From the NCBI RefSeq assembly GCF_038025025.1, contig NW_027117348.1, forward strand, positions 992,001 to 1,056,000: 64,000 nt of DNA, written 5' to 3'. Positions within the stretch are counted from its first letter, which is position 1; the number at the start of each line of letters is the position of its first letter. This DNA is from Phyllosticta citribraziliensis (lineage: Eukaryota). Position numbers and translations under genes: made by a program. Under the pieces are notes generated by a model. It saw nothing but the letters and a program-made list of their open reading frames with translations. It had not been told where the DNA came from and did not search any database. This document shows positions 23,202-34,749 of the stretch, one piece after another.

Positions 23202-23704
23202 GGCGCAAACTGTCGCGACGGGGCGTAAACAAAGCGGACGATGGTGGGGATCGCTTGCGGGGATCTGGATCGGACGGCGGGAATGGGTCGCGCAGAGGCA
23301 CTGGCAGCGAGGGTCGCGGCGGCCGACGGCAACAAGAAGCGCGGAAGAGGGTTTGGAGGAGAGGAATGCAAGAGAGAGAAAAGTGTCTGGCGCAGCCAGA
23401 GTTTGAAGGTTGAGCTTTGAATCTTTTAGCGCCACACGCCCGGACAGGACAGGCCCTGTGCCCGTGGGCCCACCAACGCCGCCGCCATCATGCCGTGCCA
23501 TCTGGAATCACACGCGCCTCCATCCGATGGACGTCCGCTCCTCTCACCTGCGCACGTCCGCATGCTTGATTCGGAACTTTAATCTTGCCGTCTGCCCTGC
23601 ACCTCTTCCGACTTGCTTTTTGCAAATGAGATACGAGACCGGCGACTCGGTTGGCTACATTTAGCACCACCCTGCAGAGCATGACCTTGGCTCCTGATGG
23701 CCAT

Positions 23705-23829
23705 TTCCAAACCCCAACGCCGTGCGCCGCACCTGTACCACCGCTTCAAGGTGTATACCCTGCGCTTCTAAACTCCTCCATCGGCCTGCCAGGTCCACGT
23801 GCGGCATTAGCCATCACAAGCTCAAGATG
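23705..23829. repeat. Degenerate copy of the ERV2 3' end (direct repeat of 26223-26348)
   Basis: Perfect 19-mer ACCCCAACGCCGTGCGCCG at 23711 and 26230; colinear blocks tgcgcttct, tcggcctgc, gtccacgtgc, ttagccatca, agctc. Confidence 0.9.
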
Positions 23830-24042
23830 GAACACACCATCACATACAGAAGGTGCTTGATTTACGAGGACGTTCAATTCGCTGCCTGTTTGCTGCGTCC
23901 AAGATCCCTCCAAGAGAGGTTCTTTCGACAAAATGTCTCCCTGTCCTGACATTATCATGCTCTACTCCAAAACACTTTTATGCCGATCTATATCCGAGTT
24001 GGAGTTGAGAGGCCATAATCCAAGACAACAAACATCGAGCGA

Positions 24043-25351
24043 CTATTTAGTATCCTTAAACTCCTGAAACAGCTCAGGAAGAAAAGAGCCCAAGTCTATT
24101 TGCGACACGAACAAATCAGCCATCCGGGCGAAAAATAGATACTGTAGTCTCCAAATGGACGCAAACTCACGAGTCATCTCGGTGTTGCAGTGCACCGCAA
24201 GATCGTGGCCGAGCTGGGCGGTGCCGTGGTTGGCGGAGGCGACGAAGAAGCGGGAGCGGAGCTCGCGGTAGCCGTTGGGCATGCGGCGGACTTGGTGCAT
24301 CAAGTAGGACACATTGTCGAACTCGTTGAGAGAGTAGTCTGAAGCCGCATAATGGAGTTAGCGAATGATCGGGGAGCCGGGCATGGGTAAAGTAATGTGG
24401 CTCTCGACGACGGTCTCAAACTTACCTCCATTGTAAAGCTGAGCAACTACAACAGTTTCGATTCCAAGCTCCGGCCACGCGGTGGTGTTGAAGCCGAGCG
24501 ACGAGGGCTCAACGAACGAAATGCTCAACTTGGCAGCGTCGTTGCCGACGTACTCGTCAACGTAGGACGTGGAGCCAATGTAGCGCTCGGCGTACGTGCG
24601 GTTGGCCCAGTCGACGACGTCCGGAGTGCGCCAGCTGTAACGGTGGGCGACGGGGTTCCAGAGCTTGTAGCGAGCCGTCTCGACGGAGTGCCATCCGAAC
24701 CACCAGTCGTACTGCTCGCCCGTCACTGCATAGGCTCTAGCGATGGGAAAGACCTGATTGGAGGGTCAAAGTCACCGTTGGGGATCTCGCTGCGGACCGC
24801 GATCATCAGTGTCCCGTTGTCACTGATTGCCCCTCGTTTTCCATGTTGAAATACCCAGGTTGCTCGAGAAACTTGGGAGCATCCTTGGCAGAGAAGGCTT
24901 TTCAACGAGTCAATAACCTGTTTGAAAAGGGGTTTCCCTCAGAGATGGTCGCTCACTAAATGCACTCGGCCATGGGCTTGATGTCAAGCTATGGACGAGA
25001 TCATCCGTGAGTGGTGCAACAACCGGATTGTAATACCTAGAGATCATAACCATCAACTTGAATTCGCCGCTCCTGCTCTTTTGTGCAAGTGTAAAGGTCT
25101 GGCGGAGGAAGGATGTGCTAGGCAACATCTTACTTCGCATAGGGCTTCTCGAAGTCGGCCTCGCGGAATCCCAAATAGTATTCCTCGGTGTTAGAGTCTA
25201 ACGGACTGACATTTGTTGAGATGGTGTCTTCGCCCGCGGTCAAATTGGCTGGAACAGAGGAGGATACCGGCGCAGCGGGAGCAAGTTGGCGACGGTGAAC
25301 CACGTTGCCGTTCACAACAGCAAGGAGACTGAGAAGGACTGCGGCCAACAT
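24043..25351 (-). CDS. phlG: Secreted PhlG-like 2,4-diacetylphloroglucinol hydrolase, 5 introns, apparent 1-nt frameshift near 24835 (pseudogene or sequence error)
   Basis: KPYAKYY, YDWWFGWHSVETARYKLWNPVAH, DEYVG, FVEPSSLGFNT, LMHQVR..ELRSRF, AVHCNTEMTHLGSFLPELFQEF match PhlG as recalled; the His/Glu/His/Glu Zn-ligand positions are retained; N-terminal signal peptide. Confidence 0.85.
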
Positions 25352-26285
25352 TTTGGCGTTTCAAGGGAATGTCCAACGAGTGTGCTTTGAGCTGTCTTTG
25401 GAAGAGCTTGGTGATGCTCTTAGAGAAGACTGTTCGAGGTGTCTTATACTCATGTTGTCCCCGAGCTCCGCGTGGGCTACAGAGACGTAGCCAGGCTCGA
25501 CATGGAGGACTCCGCACATTGGCCCCTTGATCGAAGACGAGTTCCAGCCAGCAAGTCCGTTGTCGTCTTCCTGATTCTGCGGAAATCTCTCGGGCGGCCG
25601 TCCAAGCTGCGAGGGAGCATCGAGAGTCATGTCTGTGTCCATGTCAACGTACCAGTGCCTAGCGGTTGCTAAATCCGATGGCGCCGAATTGTGGGGCAAT
25701 CGGATTAAACAACTACTACTCTATGCACTGGTGGTGGAGTTAAGCCATGGGCGTCTGCAAACCAATGGGGATAGTTTTGCCGGTTAAGTCCGAGTCTGAT
25801 CAGCGTCCGGCTTTTTGAAAGTACTTGACTGACCCTCGTGGGACGTCTGTAATATTCCGTGACAGGAGAAAGAAAGATTCTTGCAGCTGTGTAAACCGAT
25901 ATTGCCTGTAATTGACCAATCCCTCTGTTTGAAATGAAATGGCTTACCACTCCAGCCCAGTCCCTTAAAAAATGAAGGGGTACTTGCCATCACCATACAC
26001 GCGTCAGATGGAGCCATCTTTTAGGACCGAGATAGAATTCTTGTGTAAATGATTGGAAAAGATGTCAGTTTGTCTGGAAGCATGGGTCGGACTGTGAGGC
26101 GCAACAATTAGGTAGTTTGGTCGTGTCATTGACGTGCAGCGTCTTGGGCTTGTATCCTTGAAGTCAGGGAGTTGTCAACGCTCGAGGTGCCACAGCAGGT
26201 ATCAAAAGAAGCATTTTGACTATTCCGACACCCCAACGCCGTGCGCCGTTTGTATCACCACTTTACATCGTGTACATTGCGCTTC

Positions 26286-27099
26286 TTAACCCCCTCTAGT
26301 CGGCCTGCAGTCCACGTGCAGCGTTAGCCATCATCAGCTCTAAACATGACCAGGGGGCCACTCACCCCTCCTTTTCCAGTTCCAACGGTTTTTCGCCGCT
26401 CAAGATGCCTTCAACGTCCAAATCTCTACCATTGTCCCCGCTGATCTTCTCAACCCGATCCGCCGGCATGTCTGGCTTTTTGACGCCCTTGTTCTTTTTC
26501 TTGGCGGCGGCCTCCTCCGGGGTTTCCGCGCATCCGCAGTCGTAAAAGTCGCCAATATTCGAGCAGTCAAACAGGGGCTTTTGGAGACGCTTGTTGACTT
26601 GGTTGTGGACGTGGCAGCCCCATGCGGCCGCTGCCGAGCGCGACGAGACTTGGGGAGGGTACTTTTCGAGGATGGTCGCGAAATGTGACGCGCACTCGCC
26701 GCTGTCGAATCGCTTGTCAATAGCTGTCGCACCACTCTGACGGGCATCGGCGTCTTACCATGGGTAAAGTCGCTGAAACAGGTGGATGTAGTTTTTGAGC
26801 GCGACCTTTTCATCGTCGCTGGGCTTGTCGGGGAAGCGCGCAAAGGTCGTGTGGAGGAGTTTCCACGCTGCTCGTCCCAACTCGGCTTTGATGGTTTCGT
26901 TGCCCAGCTTGGGCGCAATGGCGGGTCCGTTCAAGGTGGTATCATCCAAGGCCGCGAGTGGAGGCGCGCTGCCGGCAAGGACATTTGGGTGTCGAGTGCC
27001 TTGAGGCTGGTTGCGGAACGAGGCGATGAAGAAGACGGAGATCAAGCCAGCTCCAAGAATCAGGAGCAGGACGAAACGACGGCTAGCACCGTGAGGCAT
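26286..27099 (-). CDS. ERV2: FAD-linked sulfhydryl oxidase Erv2, 2 introns, terminal micro-exon
   Basis: Signal anchor; LGNETIKAELGRAAWKLLHT, RLYPC|GEC (CxxC), WGCHVHNQVNKRL, FDC..YDCGC; last intron 26365-26305 (GTGAGT..GCTAAC..CAG) gives ...EKEGPTRGG*. Confidence 0.93.
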
Positions 27100-27618
27100 G
27101 GCGATGTTTGTGCAGAGCAAAGATGATGGAGGTTGCAAGGTCAGTACAGAGTTAGTAAGAGACGCGCCAAGGTGGCGTCATGGTCGAAAGGTTGAGGACG
27201 ATTCAGGAGCTGCGCGGTGTTCGTTGGGTTGGGCGCGACAACCAAGGTGAAGCGCTCGGGCCGGAGAGGCAGCCAGGGAACCCCTCGCCCACCAACTGAA
27301 CCTTGGGAAACACCATGATGTCTTTGCAAATTGTGTAGATGTACGCAGTCTTCTCATTCGGAGCAGCCAAACGACCAGGCTCGCAGCAGCGCCATGCAGG
27401 TCGAGTAATGGGCTTGGCCCGAAAAGACGCTCTCGTGTTTTTATGCCACGCACCCCCACAACTCACCCACCTCAGGCGAGTCTCCGCACCCGCCTGGTCC
27501 CGCCGCCGATCCCGCCAGGAACCCGACTCTGAGATCGTGACTCCGCCTGCTTTTCCCCATCTCTCACCGCACCTCCTCTCCCCTCCACACCACCAGCGCA
27601 CCAAACGTCCCGGCTCCA

Positions 27619-28967
27619 ATGGCTTCTCAATTCCCTCCCCCTCCCACCAAATCCATCGGTACAGCTCCATCCACGTCATGCCACCTCATCTGTCGCGCGA
27701 CCACTGACTCGGCTTTTCCCAGACTGGAGCAATGTGGGATTCAAAGTCCGTGAGGGTATGAGCTATCCTCTCCGAAGCCTGGCGCCGCTCTAATCTCGAG
27801 CCAGTCAACGGCCACATTGAATGCCACTACAGCAGGCAGTCGGGACAATGGTCCGAGCCCGAGTTCGTCCAGGACCCTTTCATGCGCATCCACGGCATGG
27901 CTCCCGGCCTCAACTACGGTCAGTGAGATGTGGAAGCGAGTGGCGCACGTCTGACAGTCAGCAGGCCAGCAGTGCTATGAGGGCATGAAGGCTTTCCGAG
28001 GGCCTGGGGACAAGGAAATTTTTGTTTTCCGCCCCGCCATGAATGCCGAACGCATGCAGCACTCTGCGTCGTACATTTCCATCCCAGACGTCCCCAAAGA
28101 CCTCTTCCTCAAGGCATGCCGCCTCGCCGTGGCACTCAACGCAGACTTTGTTCCGCCGCATGAGACGGGTGCAGCAATGTACATCCGCCCTCTGCTGTTC
28201 GGATCAAGCGCCCAGTTGGGACTCTCCCCCCCGGAGGAATACACCTTCTGCGTCTATGTCATGCCCACTGGCGTCTATCACGGTGTGCACCCGGTGGATT
28301 GCCTCATCCTCGAGGACTTTGATCGCGCCGCTCCAGAGGGCACTGGGTCGGCCAAGATTGGTGGAAACTATGCCCCTGTGCTGAGACACAGCGACAAGGC
28401 TCGCTCCGAAGGATTTGGCATCACGCTCCATCTCGACAGTAAGACTCGCAGTGAGATTGACGAGTTTTCGACGTCGGGATTCATCGGCATCAAGAAGAAT
28501 GGCGACAATGTGACGGTGGTTGTGCCCGACAGCAAGAACGTAATCAAGAGTGTCACATCTGACAGCGCCTGCATGCTCGCCAAGTCGTTTGGCTGGAACG
28601 TCGAGTGTCGACCGGTGAGAAGATGCCGTCAACCCCCTCGTCCAGCCCTCGCTGACAAGGCAACCCCTAGATACCGTACGGTGAACTGTCGACGTTTTCC
28701 GAAGTGGTTGCTGCGGGCACAGCGGCGGCGCTCGTCCCAATCAAGTCGATTACCATGCGGTCCAAGGGCGACAAGTTTGAATACATTGAGGGTGACGAGC
28801 CTGGACCGGCATGCATCAGGCTGCTTACGTCGCTGCAAGGTATCCAGCGCGGCAAGCTCGACGATGGTTTTGGTTGGCGAGACACGATCCAGGAGGCCAA
28901 GGGGTACAGGATGAAGGGGCTCGACTCGTCCAACGGCAAAGCCGACAGCATCGACAAGCTGCCCTGA
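27619..28967 (+). CDS. Branched-chain amino acid aminotransferase (PLP class IV), 4 introns
   Basis: FPPPP..DWSNVGFKVRE|VNGH, LNY|GQQCYEGMKAFR, YIRPLLFG, GSAKIGGNYAP (PLP Lys), IDEFSTSGF, EVVAAGTAAALVPIKSI. Confidence 0.92.
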
Positions 28968-30246
28968 ATTTCGGAGACGGAGTTTGAGACGGACGAAAGG
29001 CGGGCGTCGACGAGGCAAGGTGGGAAACGTGCTCGCCGTGCTTGCAAAATAGAAAGAATCTAGCCTGTTGCGGAGCAGCCATTCCTTTCACCAGGCAACT
29101 GTTTATCCCGACCGGGAAAGGTACCACTGCAGGCTGCAGCAAAGTGTGGTAGGCCAGGCGGACGGCGGGGCCTATCTATAGGACCAAATTGCAGCCCAAA
29201 TGACGCAAAGCGGGAGTTGACGGTGGGCGTGAGGCCATGATGTGAGTGGAGGCCGTCAGGATGGCGGCGTCGCAATCCTCAGGAAGGACCCTTTGCGGAG
29301 GGTTGATGAGAGTTGCAGAGGTGGGAGGGCCTCGAGGGAGGGAGATATGGAGGCGGCTGACGTGGGCTCTCAGCCCTATTGCAGCGACATGAGATATGGC
29401 ACATGTCAGAGGTCAAACCAACGCGAAAGCGAAGCGAAACATGGGCGAGTGCCAGCCAAACGTCGCGTCGATCTTCCGAGCATGGGTACCTTGGCCATGC
29501 GGGCGGACGAGTTGTTGTGCTGAGGCACGTGGAGTTGGTGCGGTGTCAGGTCGCGATACAACACCGGCATCATGTTGGGTGCGGAAAAGCCAATCTGGTC
29601 CGCGTCGTTTGGTCCGGAAGCGATGCGTAGCGGGACGAGGCGTTGCCGCTGCCCGTGTTGGGATTTCCCTTTGACGCCTTTGACGCCTTTGACTCAATCG
29701 TTTGTTTTGATGCTGCCATTGACGGCTCCTGATTCATTCCAGGCGGGTGGATGCTTCCGTCGCTGGGTGCTGGCGGCTCTCGTAAGCATGCCTTGTACCA
29801 CACCACGGCGGCATCAAGGATCCAGTCGAGTTCCGTACCGCTCGCGCCTGCCGCACCCCGTCCCCAAGCCAAGCCTTCCTCCCGCCGGCGCTCCATGCAA
29901 TCAACAACATGCACCCATTATGATTCATTTTGACAGACAGGGTGCGAAAATCGTCCGGCCCTGCGTCCGCCCTTTGGCTCTCTGACAGGCCATTGCTCAT
30001 CCCGGCCGCTATCTCCATGTGCCCGCGTTTGCACCTTTATGGCAATTCACCACTCCCACTATATAGCCGGCCGTTGTCGCCGCCGCCGTGACAAGGCCAG
30101 AGGAAAATAGGTCCATTGTCGGTTCCAGACCTCGCCCACTCATCCCTTTGTTCCCTTCCGTTATCAGCTTTGACCTGTCAAGCCTGATCCCTTGTGAACC
30201 CTTGGGCCGCCCCCTTCTCACCATTCCTCCTCTACTCTCCTCCACA

Positions 30247-32153
30247 ATGGCAACCGACAAGACTGTCGAAGCAGGAAGCACCTTGCAGGTGCCCACTGCG
30301 CAAGATCATGGCTCTGCCAAAACGTCCCACACCAGTCTCGCCGACGACAAGTCCAGCCGGAGAGGTAGCACCGACGAGAAGGCCATCCAATCCAAGGATG
30401 TCGAGGCCTACGTTACCGACGAGGGAGCAAAGCTTGAGCCCGTCGTGAGCTCGGAGTATCCAAGTGGTCTTAAGCTGGCAATCATTGTCATTGCCGTCAT
30501 CCTGGCCATTTTCTTGGTAGGTCCCTCCAGATGGGTGAAGGGGTGCCTTGTCTAACTTCCAATAGGTCGCCCTGGACATGACCATCGTTGCCACTGCCAT
30601 TCCCAAAATTACAGACGACTTCAAGAGCTTGGATCAGGTTGGCTGGTACGGCAGTGCCTTTTTCCTCACTGTCGCCGCCTTTCAATCCACGTGGGGCAAG
30701 GCGTACAAGTACTTTCCACTCAAGACTGTCTTTCTCATCTGCATCTTCATTTTTGAGGTCGGCAGTTTGATTTGCGGTAAGTCAATCAATCACTCCGCTG
30801 AACTCATGTTTCCACAAACTTTTGTCTGATTATCTACAGGTGTCGCTCAAGACAGTACCACGCTCATCGTCGGCCGTGCCATTGCCGGCATGGGTGGTGC
30901 AGGAATTGCCGCTGGTTGCTACACCATCATTGCCTTTACTGCGCCGCCCCAACAGGTCCCCGCCTACACTGGTATCCTCGGCGCGACCTACGCCGTCGCC
31001 TCGGTCATTGGCCCTTTGATCGGTGGTGCCTTTGCAAGCGAAGTCTCCTGGCGCTGGTGCTTTTACATCAACCTGCCCGTCGGTGGTCTGAGTGCCGCCA
31101 TCATCGTGATCTGGTTCACCACGCCCAAGGCCGCCAAACCCGTCCAAGAGACGCTCAAGGAGAAAATCTATCAGATGGATCTCCTTGGCACCGCCCTCCT
31201 GCTGTGTGCCTTTACCTGCCTCATCCTTGCCCTGCAATGGGGCGGCACGACCAAGTCTTGGGGTAGCGCCGACGTGATTGGTGTCCTTGTTGGTTTCGGC
31301 ACCATCATCGCACTCTTCCTCGTTGTCGAGTGGTGGTTGGAAGATCGCGCTCTCATGGTGCCGCGTCTTCTCAAGCAAAAGACGCTCGGTCTGCTTTGTC
31401 TGTTTCAGTTCTTCAACTCGGCCGTCTTTATGCTGCTGTTGTACTACCTTCCCATCTACTTCCAGGCCGTTTCTGGCGTCTCGGCCGCACAGTCGGGAAT
31501 CCGCAACTTGCCCTTCATCCTCGGCATCGGTAAGTCTTTTTCTCTCCCTGTGTACGACCGACTTACTGACATCTGTAGGTCTCTTCACCATCGTCAGCGG
31601 CGTCGCCATTACTGTGAGTGGCTACTACCTCCCGCTCATGGTCATCGGCGCGGTCCTCGCTTGCGTCGGCTCCGGCCTGTTCTACACTTTCGACCTGCAC
31701 ACGCCCAGCTCCGAATGGATCGGCTACCAAGCGCTCACGGGTATCGGGTCTGGCTTCGGCATCCAAATTCCCGTCATCGTAGGACAAGCCATCGTGCCCG
31801 CCTCGGACGTCTCGTCTATGACGGCCATTCTCATCTTCTGGCAAACGGTCGCCGGCGCCATCTTCGTCTCGGTCGGCCAGAGTCTCTTCTCCAACCGCCT
31901 CGTCCAGGAGGTGGCCCAGAACGTTGCTGGCGTCGACCCCAAGCTCGTCGTCGCGACCGGTGCGACGGAGCTGAGGGGTGTCTTTGAGGGTGCGCAACTG
32001 CAGGGCATTTTGGAGGCGTACATGGCAGGCCTGAAGGACGCCTATGCCCTTGCGATTGCGCTCGGTGGTGTGGCGACCGTCATTGCCATTGTCATGGTGG
32101 TGTGGGACCGCAGAAAGCTGGAGAAGGGCCAGGGCGGCGCGGGCGCGGCGTAG
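30247..32153 (+). CDS. DHA2 (14-TMS) MFS drug/toxin efflux pump (AflT/GliA/ToxA-like), 3 introns
   Basis: [76 protein letters not shown] at 30060. Confidence 0.92.
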
Positions 32154-32814
32154 TGTGTTTACTCACCTACGTGCCTTGCCTGCTTGCAGCGTTTTTCTTC
32201 TTGCTTCTTCTCTGCTCCTCACTTTCTTCTTTCTCTTTCTCTTTCTCTCTCACCTTTGCCCTCGGCGGCAATCAATCACTTAATGCGTGCATGCATGCAT
32301 CTTCTTCTTCTTCTTCTTCCGCGAAAGACGGAGGCATCGTTTTCAGCGCCGCAGCACACCGCAGCAGCGCATTTGATGGGACGACAACGATGGACGACAA
32401 TACGATGAATAGATACCAAACTGACGCGGTGTGGTGGCAAATGGCGTTTTGATGGGGATGGGACTATGCTCTGCTCTGCTCTTCCATCGTGGTATGGGTG
32501 CGGGTGCACTTGGGAGAAAAGATGGGCGCCAGCGCTGGATGATGGATATGGCGGGCTGGCTGGCTTGCGTATCTGAGTAATGTTTTACGGGCGTGTATGA
32601 TAGGATAGGGGTAGGGGTATGGAAGGCCATGCAAAGGCTGTGGAAGGATATGGATATGGATACCCTCTCTCACGCTCTCCATTGCGCTGTTGTCGGATCG
32701 ATGAGTGATGGTATGCTTTGACGCGTCTTTCCATTTTCTGGTGTGATCTTGGACAGCTCACCGCCCGCTCCCCAGCGGCCATCGAGCCGAAAGGGGCAAC
32801 GCCGGTCTTTCGCG

Positions 32815-34062
32815 CAAGGTTGGACGGCTGGAGATTGGCTGGAAAGCCGGAAAGGGGAAGTCTGGGGATGTGGTGTGGGGTTGGACGTCTGAAGATTGGC
32901 TGGCAGGGCCGGAAGAGGCAACCTCGCCCATCTGTCAAGATCGAACGTCTGAAGATGGGCTGTCAAGCTGAAAGAGGACGGCTGGAGATATGCTGGCAAT
33001 GGGATGGCGAGAGCAGCTAGAAGAGGCAATTTTGCGTGTCTGTTAAGATTGAACGTCTGGAGATTGGCTGGGAGGCTGGAAAGGGGAATTCTGTGTATGT
33101 GTTGTGAGATTGAACGTCTGAAGATTGGCTGGAAGGCTGGAAAGGGGAATTTCGTGTATGTGTCGCAAGATCGAACGTCTGAAGATTGGCTGTCAAGCTG
33201 GAAAGGGGAATTTCGTGTATGTGTCGCAAGATCGAACGTCTGAAGATTGGCTGTCGAGCTGAAAAAGGACGTCTGGAGATATATGCTGGCAAGTGGATGG
33301 CTAGTGGCCAAAAGAGGCAATTCCGGGGTATTTATCAAGATCAAACGTCTGAAGATGAGCGGGCAAGTGGATGGTTAGGAGCCAGAAGAGGCAATTCTGT
33401 CGATTTGTCAAGATTAGACGTCTGGAGATGGGCTGTCATGTCTGAAGATGGGCTGTCATGTCTGAAGATGGGCTGTCATGTCTGAAGATGGGCTGTCATG
33501 TCTGAAGATGGGCTGTCATGTCTAAAGATAGGCTGTCACGTCTGAAGATGGGAATACTGTATGTGTCGCAAGATTGAACGTCTGAAGATTGGCTGTCAAG
33601 TTTGAAGATGGGAATACTGTACATGTGTCGCAAGATTGAACGTCTGGAGATGGGCTGTCATGTCTGAAGATATGCTGGCAATCGGACAACCAGTGGCCAG
33701 AAGAGGCAATTCTGTCGATCTGTCAAGATTAAACGTCTGAAGATAGGCTATCATGTCTGAAGATAGGCTGTCATGTCTGAAGATGGTAAAACTATATATG
33801 TGTCGTAAGATTGAACGTCTATAGATTGGCTGTCAAGCTGAAAGAGGACGTCTAAAGATATGCTGGCAATGGGATGGCGAGGAGCCAGAAGAGGTAATCT
33901 CACCCATCTTTCAAAATTAAACGTCTGAAGATTGGCTGTCACGTCTAAAGATTGGCTGTCACGTCTAAAGATGGGCTGTCACGTCTAAAGATGGGCTATC
34001 ACGTCTAAAGATGGGCTGTCACGTCTAAAGATGGGCTGTCACGTCTGAAGATGGGCTGTCAA
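32815..34062. repeat. Composite satellite: ~61-bp units plus runs of a derived 20-bp minisatellite
   Basis: 61-bp period at 33050-33260 (GAACGTCTGAAGATTGGCTG..GCTGGAAAGGGGAATT..GTATGTGTCGCAAGAT). The 20-bp unit (A)YGTCTRAAGATGGGCTGTC occurs x6 at 33421-33540 and x7 at 33921-34060. Confidence 0.95.
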
Positions 34063-34713
34063 GCAGCATTTGCAAAAATCTGTGGTACGGATTCTGGCGT
34101 GCCTTTCCGTTGCTTCAAACCAGTCCGAAAAGCATGCCAACCACCAAACCAGCAGCGCACAACGCTGGAATCCAACCCCAACTCTACCCTAACTCTACCA
34201 TCCCCACTACCCCCCCCACTCCCCACACACTCTCTCATCAATCACAGGCCGCCTAAGCGGCGCACTCCTCCTGACGTCCAAAATTCTGTCGAGAACTCAC
34301 GGAGGCGGCCTTCCAACGCCTCCGCCGGGAAACCATACCTCTTCAGTCAGTGCTTGGCCGAAAAGGGCAGTTATCGTACTAACTTTGAACGTCTGTCCCG
34401 TATACCGCTTCGCAAGTGCGGCGGATCTGCGTTTTTTCGGTCCGTGATGTGCTTGGGTGGGTGCTGCGGTGCGCGGGTAGGGACCGAATCCGAATCCGAG
34501 GTGAGTGGGCCGCAGGATAGGTAGGTAGGTAGGTACTGGAGGTACGTACCGGCTGGAGTAATGATTTACATATGACGGGATGCCATCATGTTAGAAACAA
34601 GTTTGAAGGCCATCAAATCGCCGGAGGTGATTCTCGCCAGCAGGCGTGTGGTGTGGTAGCCATATGGCCTAATCGGGTAACTCAGAGAACTTCAAACGTC
34701 GCAAGACATTTCG

Positions 34714-34749
34714 CTCCTGACAGCTCCTGACAGCTCCTGACAGCTCCTG
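34714..34749. repeat. 10-bp tandem repeat (CTCCTGACAG)x3.5
   Basis: Directly visible in the sequence. Confidence 0.9.

Noticed and set aside
27538..27543. TGACTC Gcn4/CpcA-like site before the BCAT gene, and TACGTCA CRE-like site at 41070 before GPD1
   Set aside because: Biologically plausible, but single 6-7-mers are not distinguishable from chance without conservation data.
32815..34062. Repeat-spacer appearance suggesting a CRISPR-like array, and the 224-aa ORF 32670-33344 with repeated ANLQTFDL
   Set aside because: The spacers are themselves repeated and related, there are no cas genes, and the host is eukaryotic. Periods of 61 and 20 bp shift frame, so the peptide repeat is a by-product.
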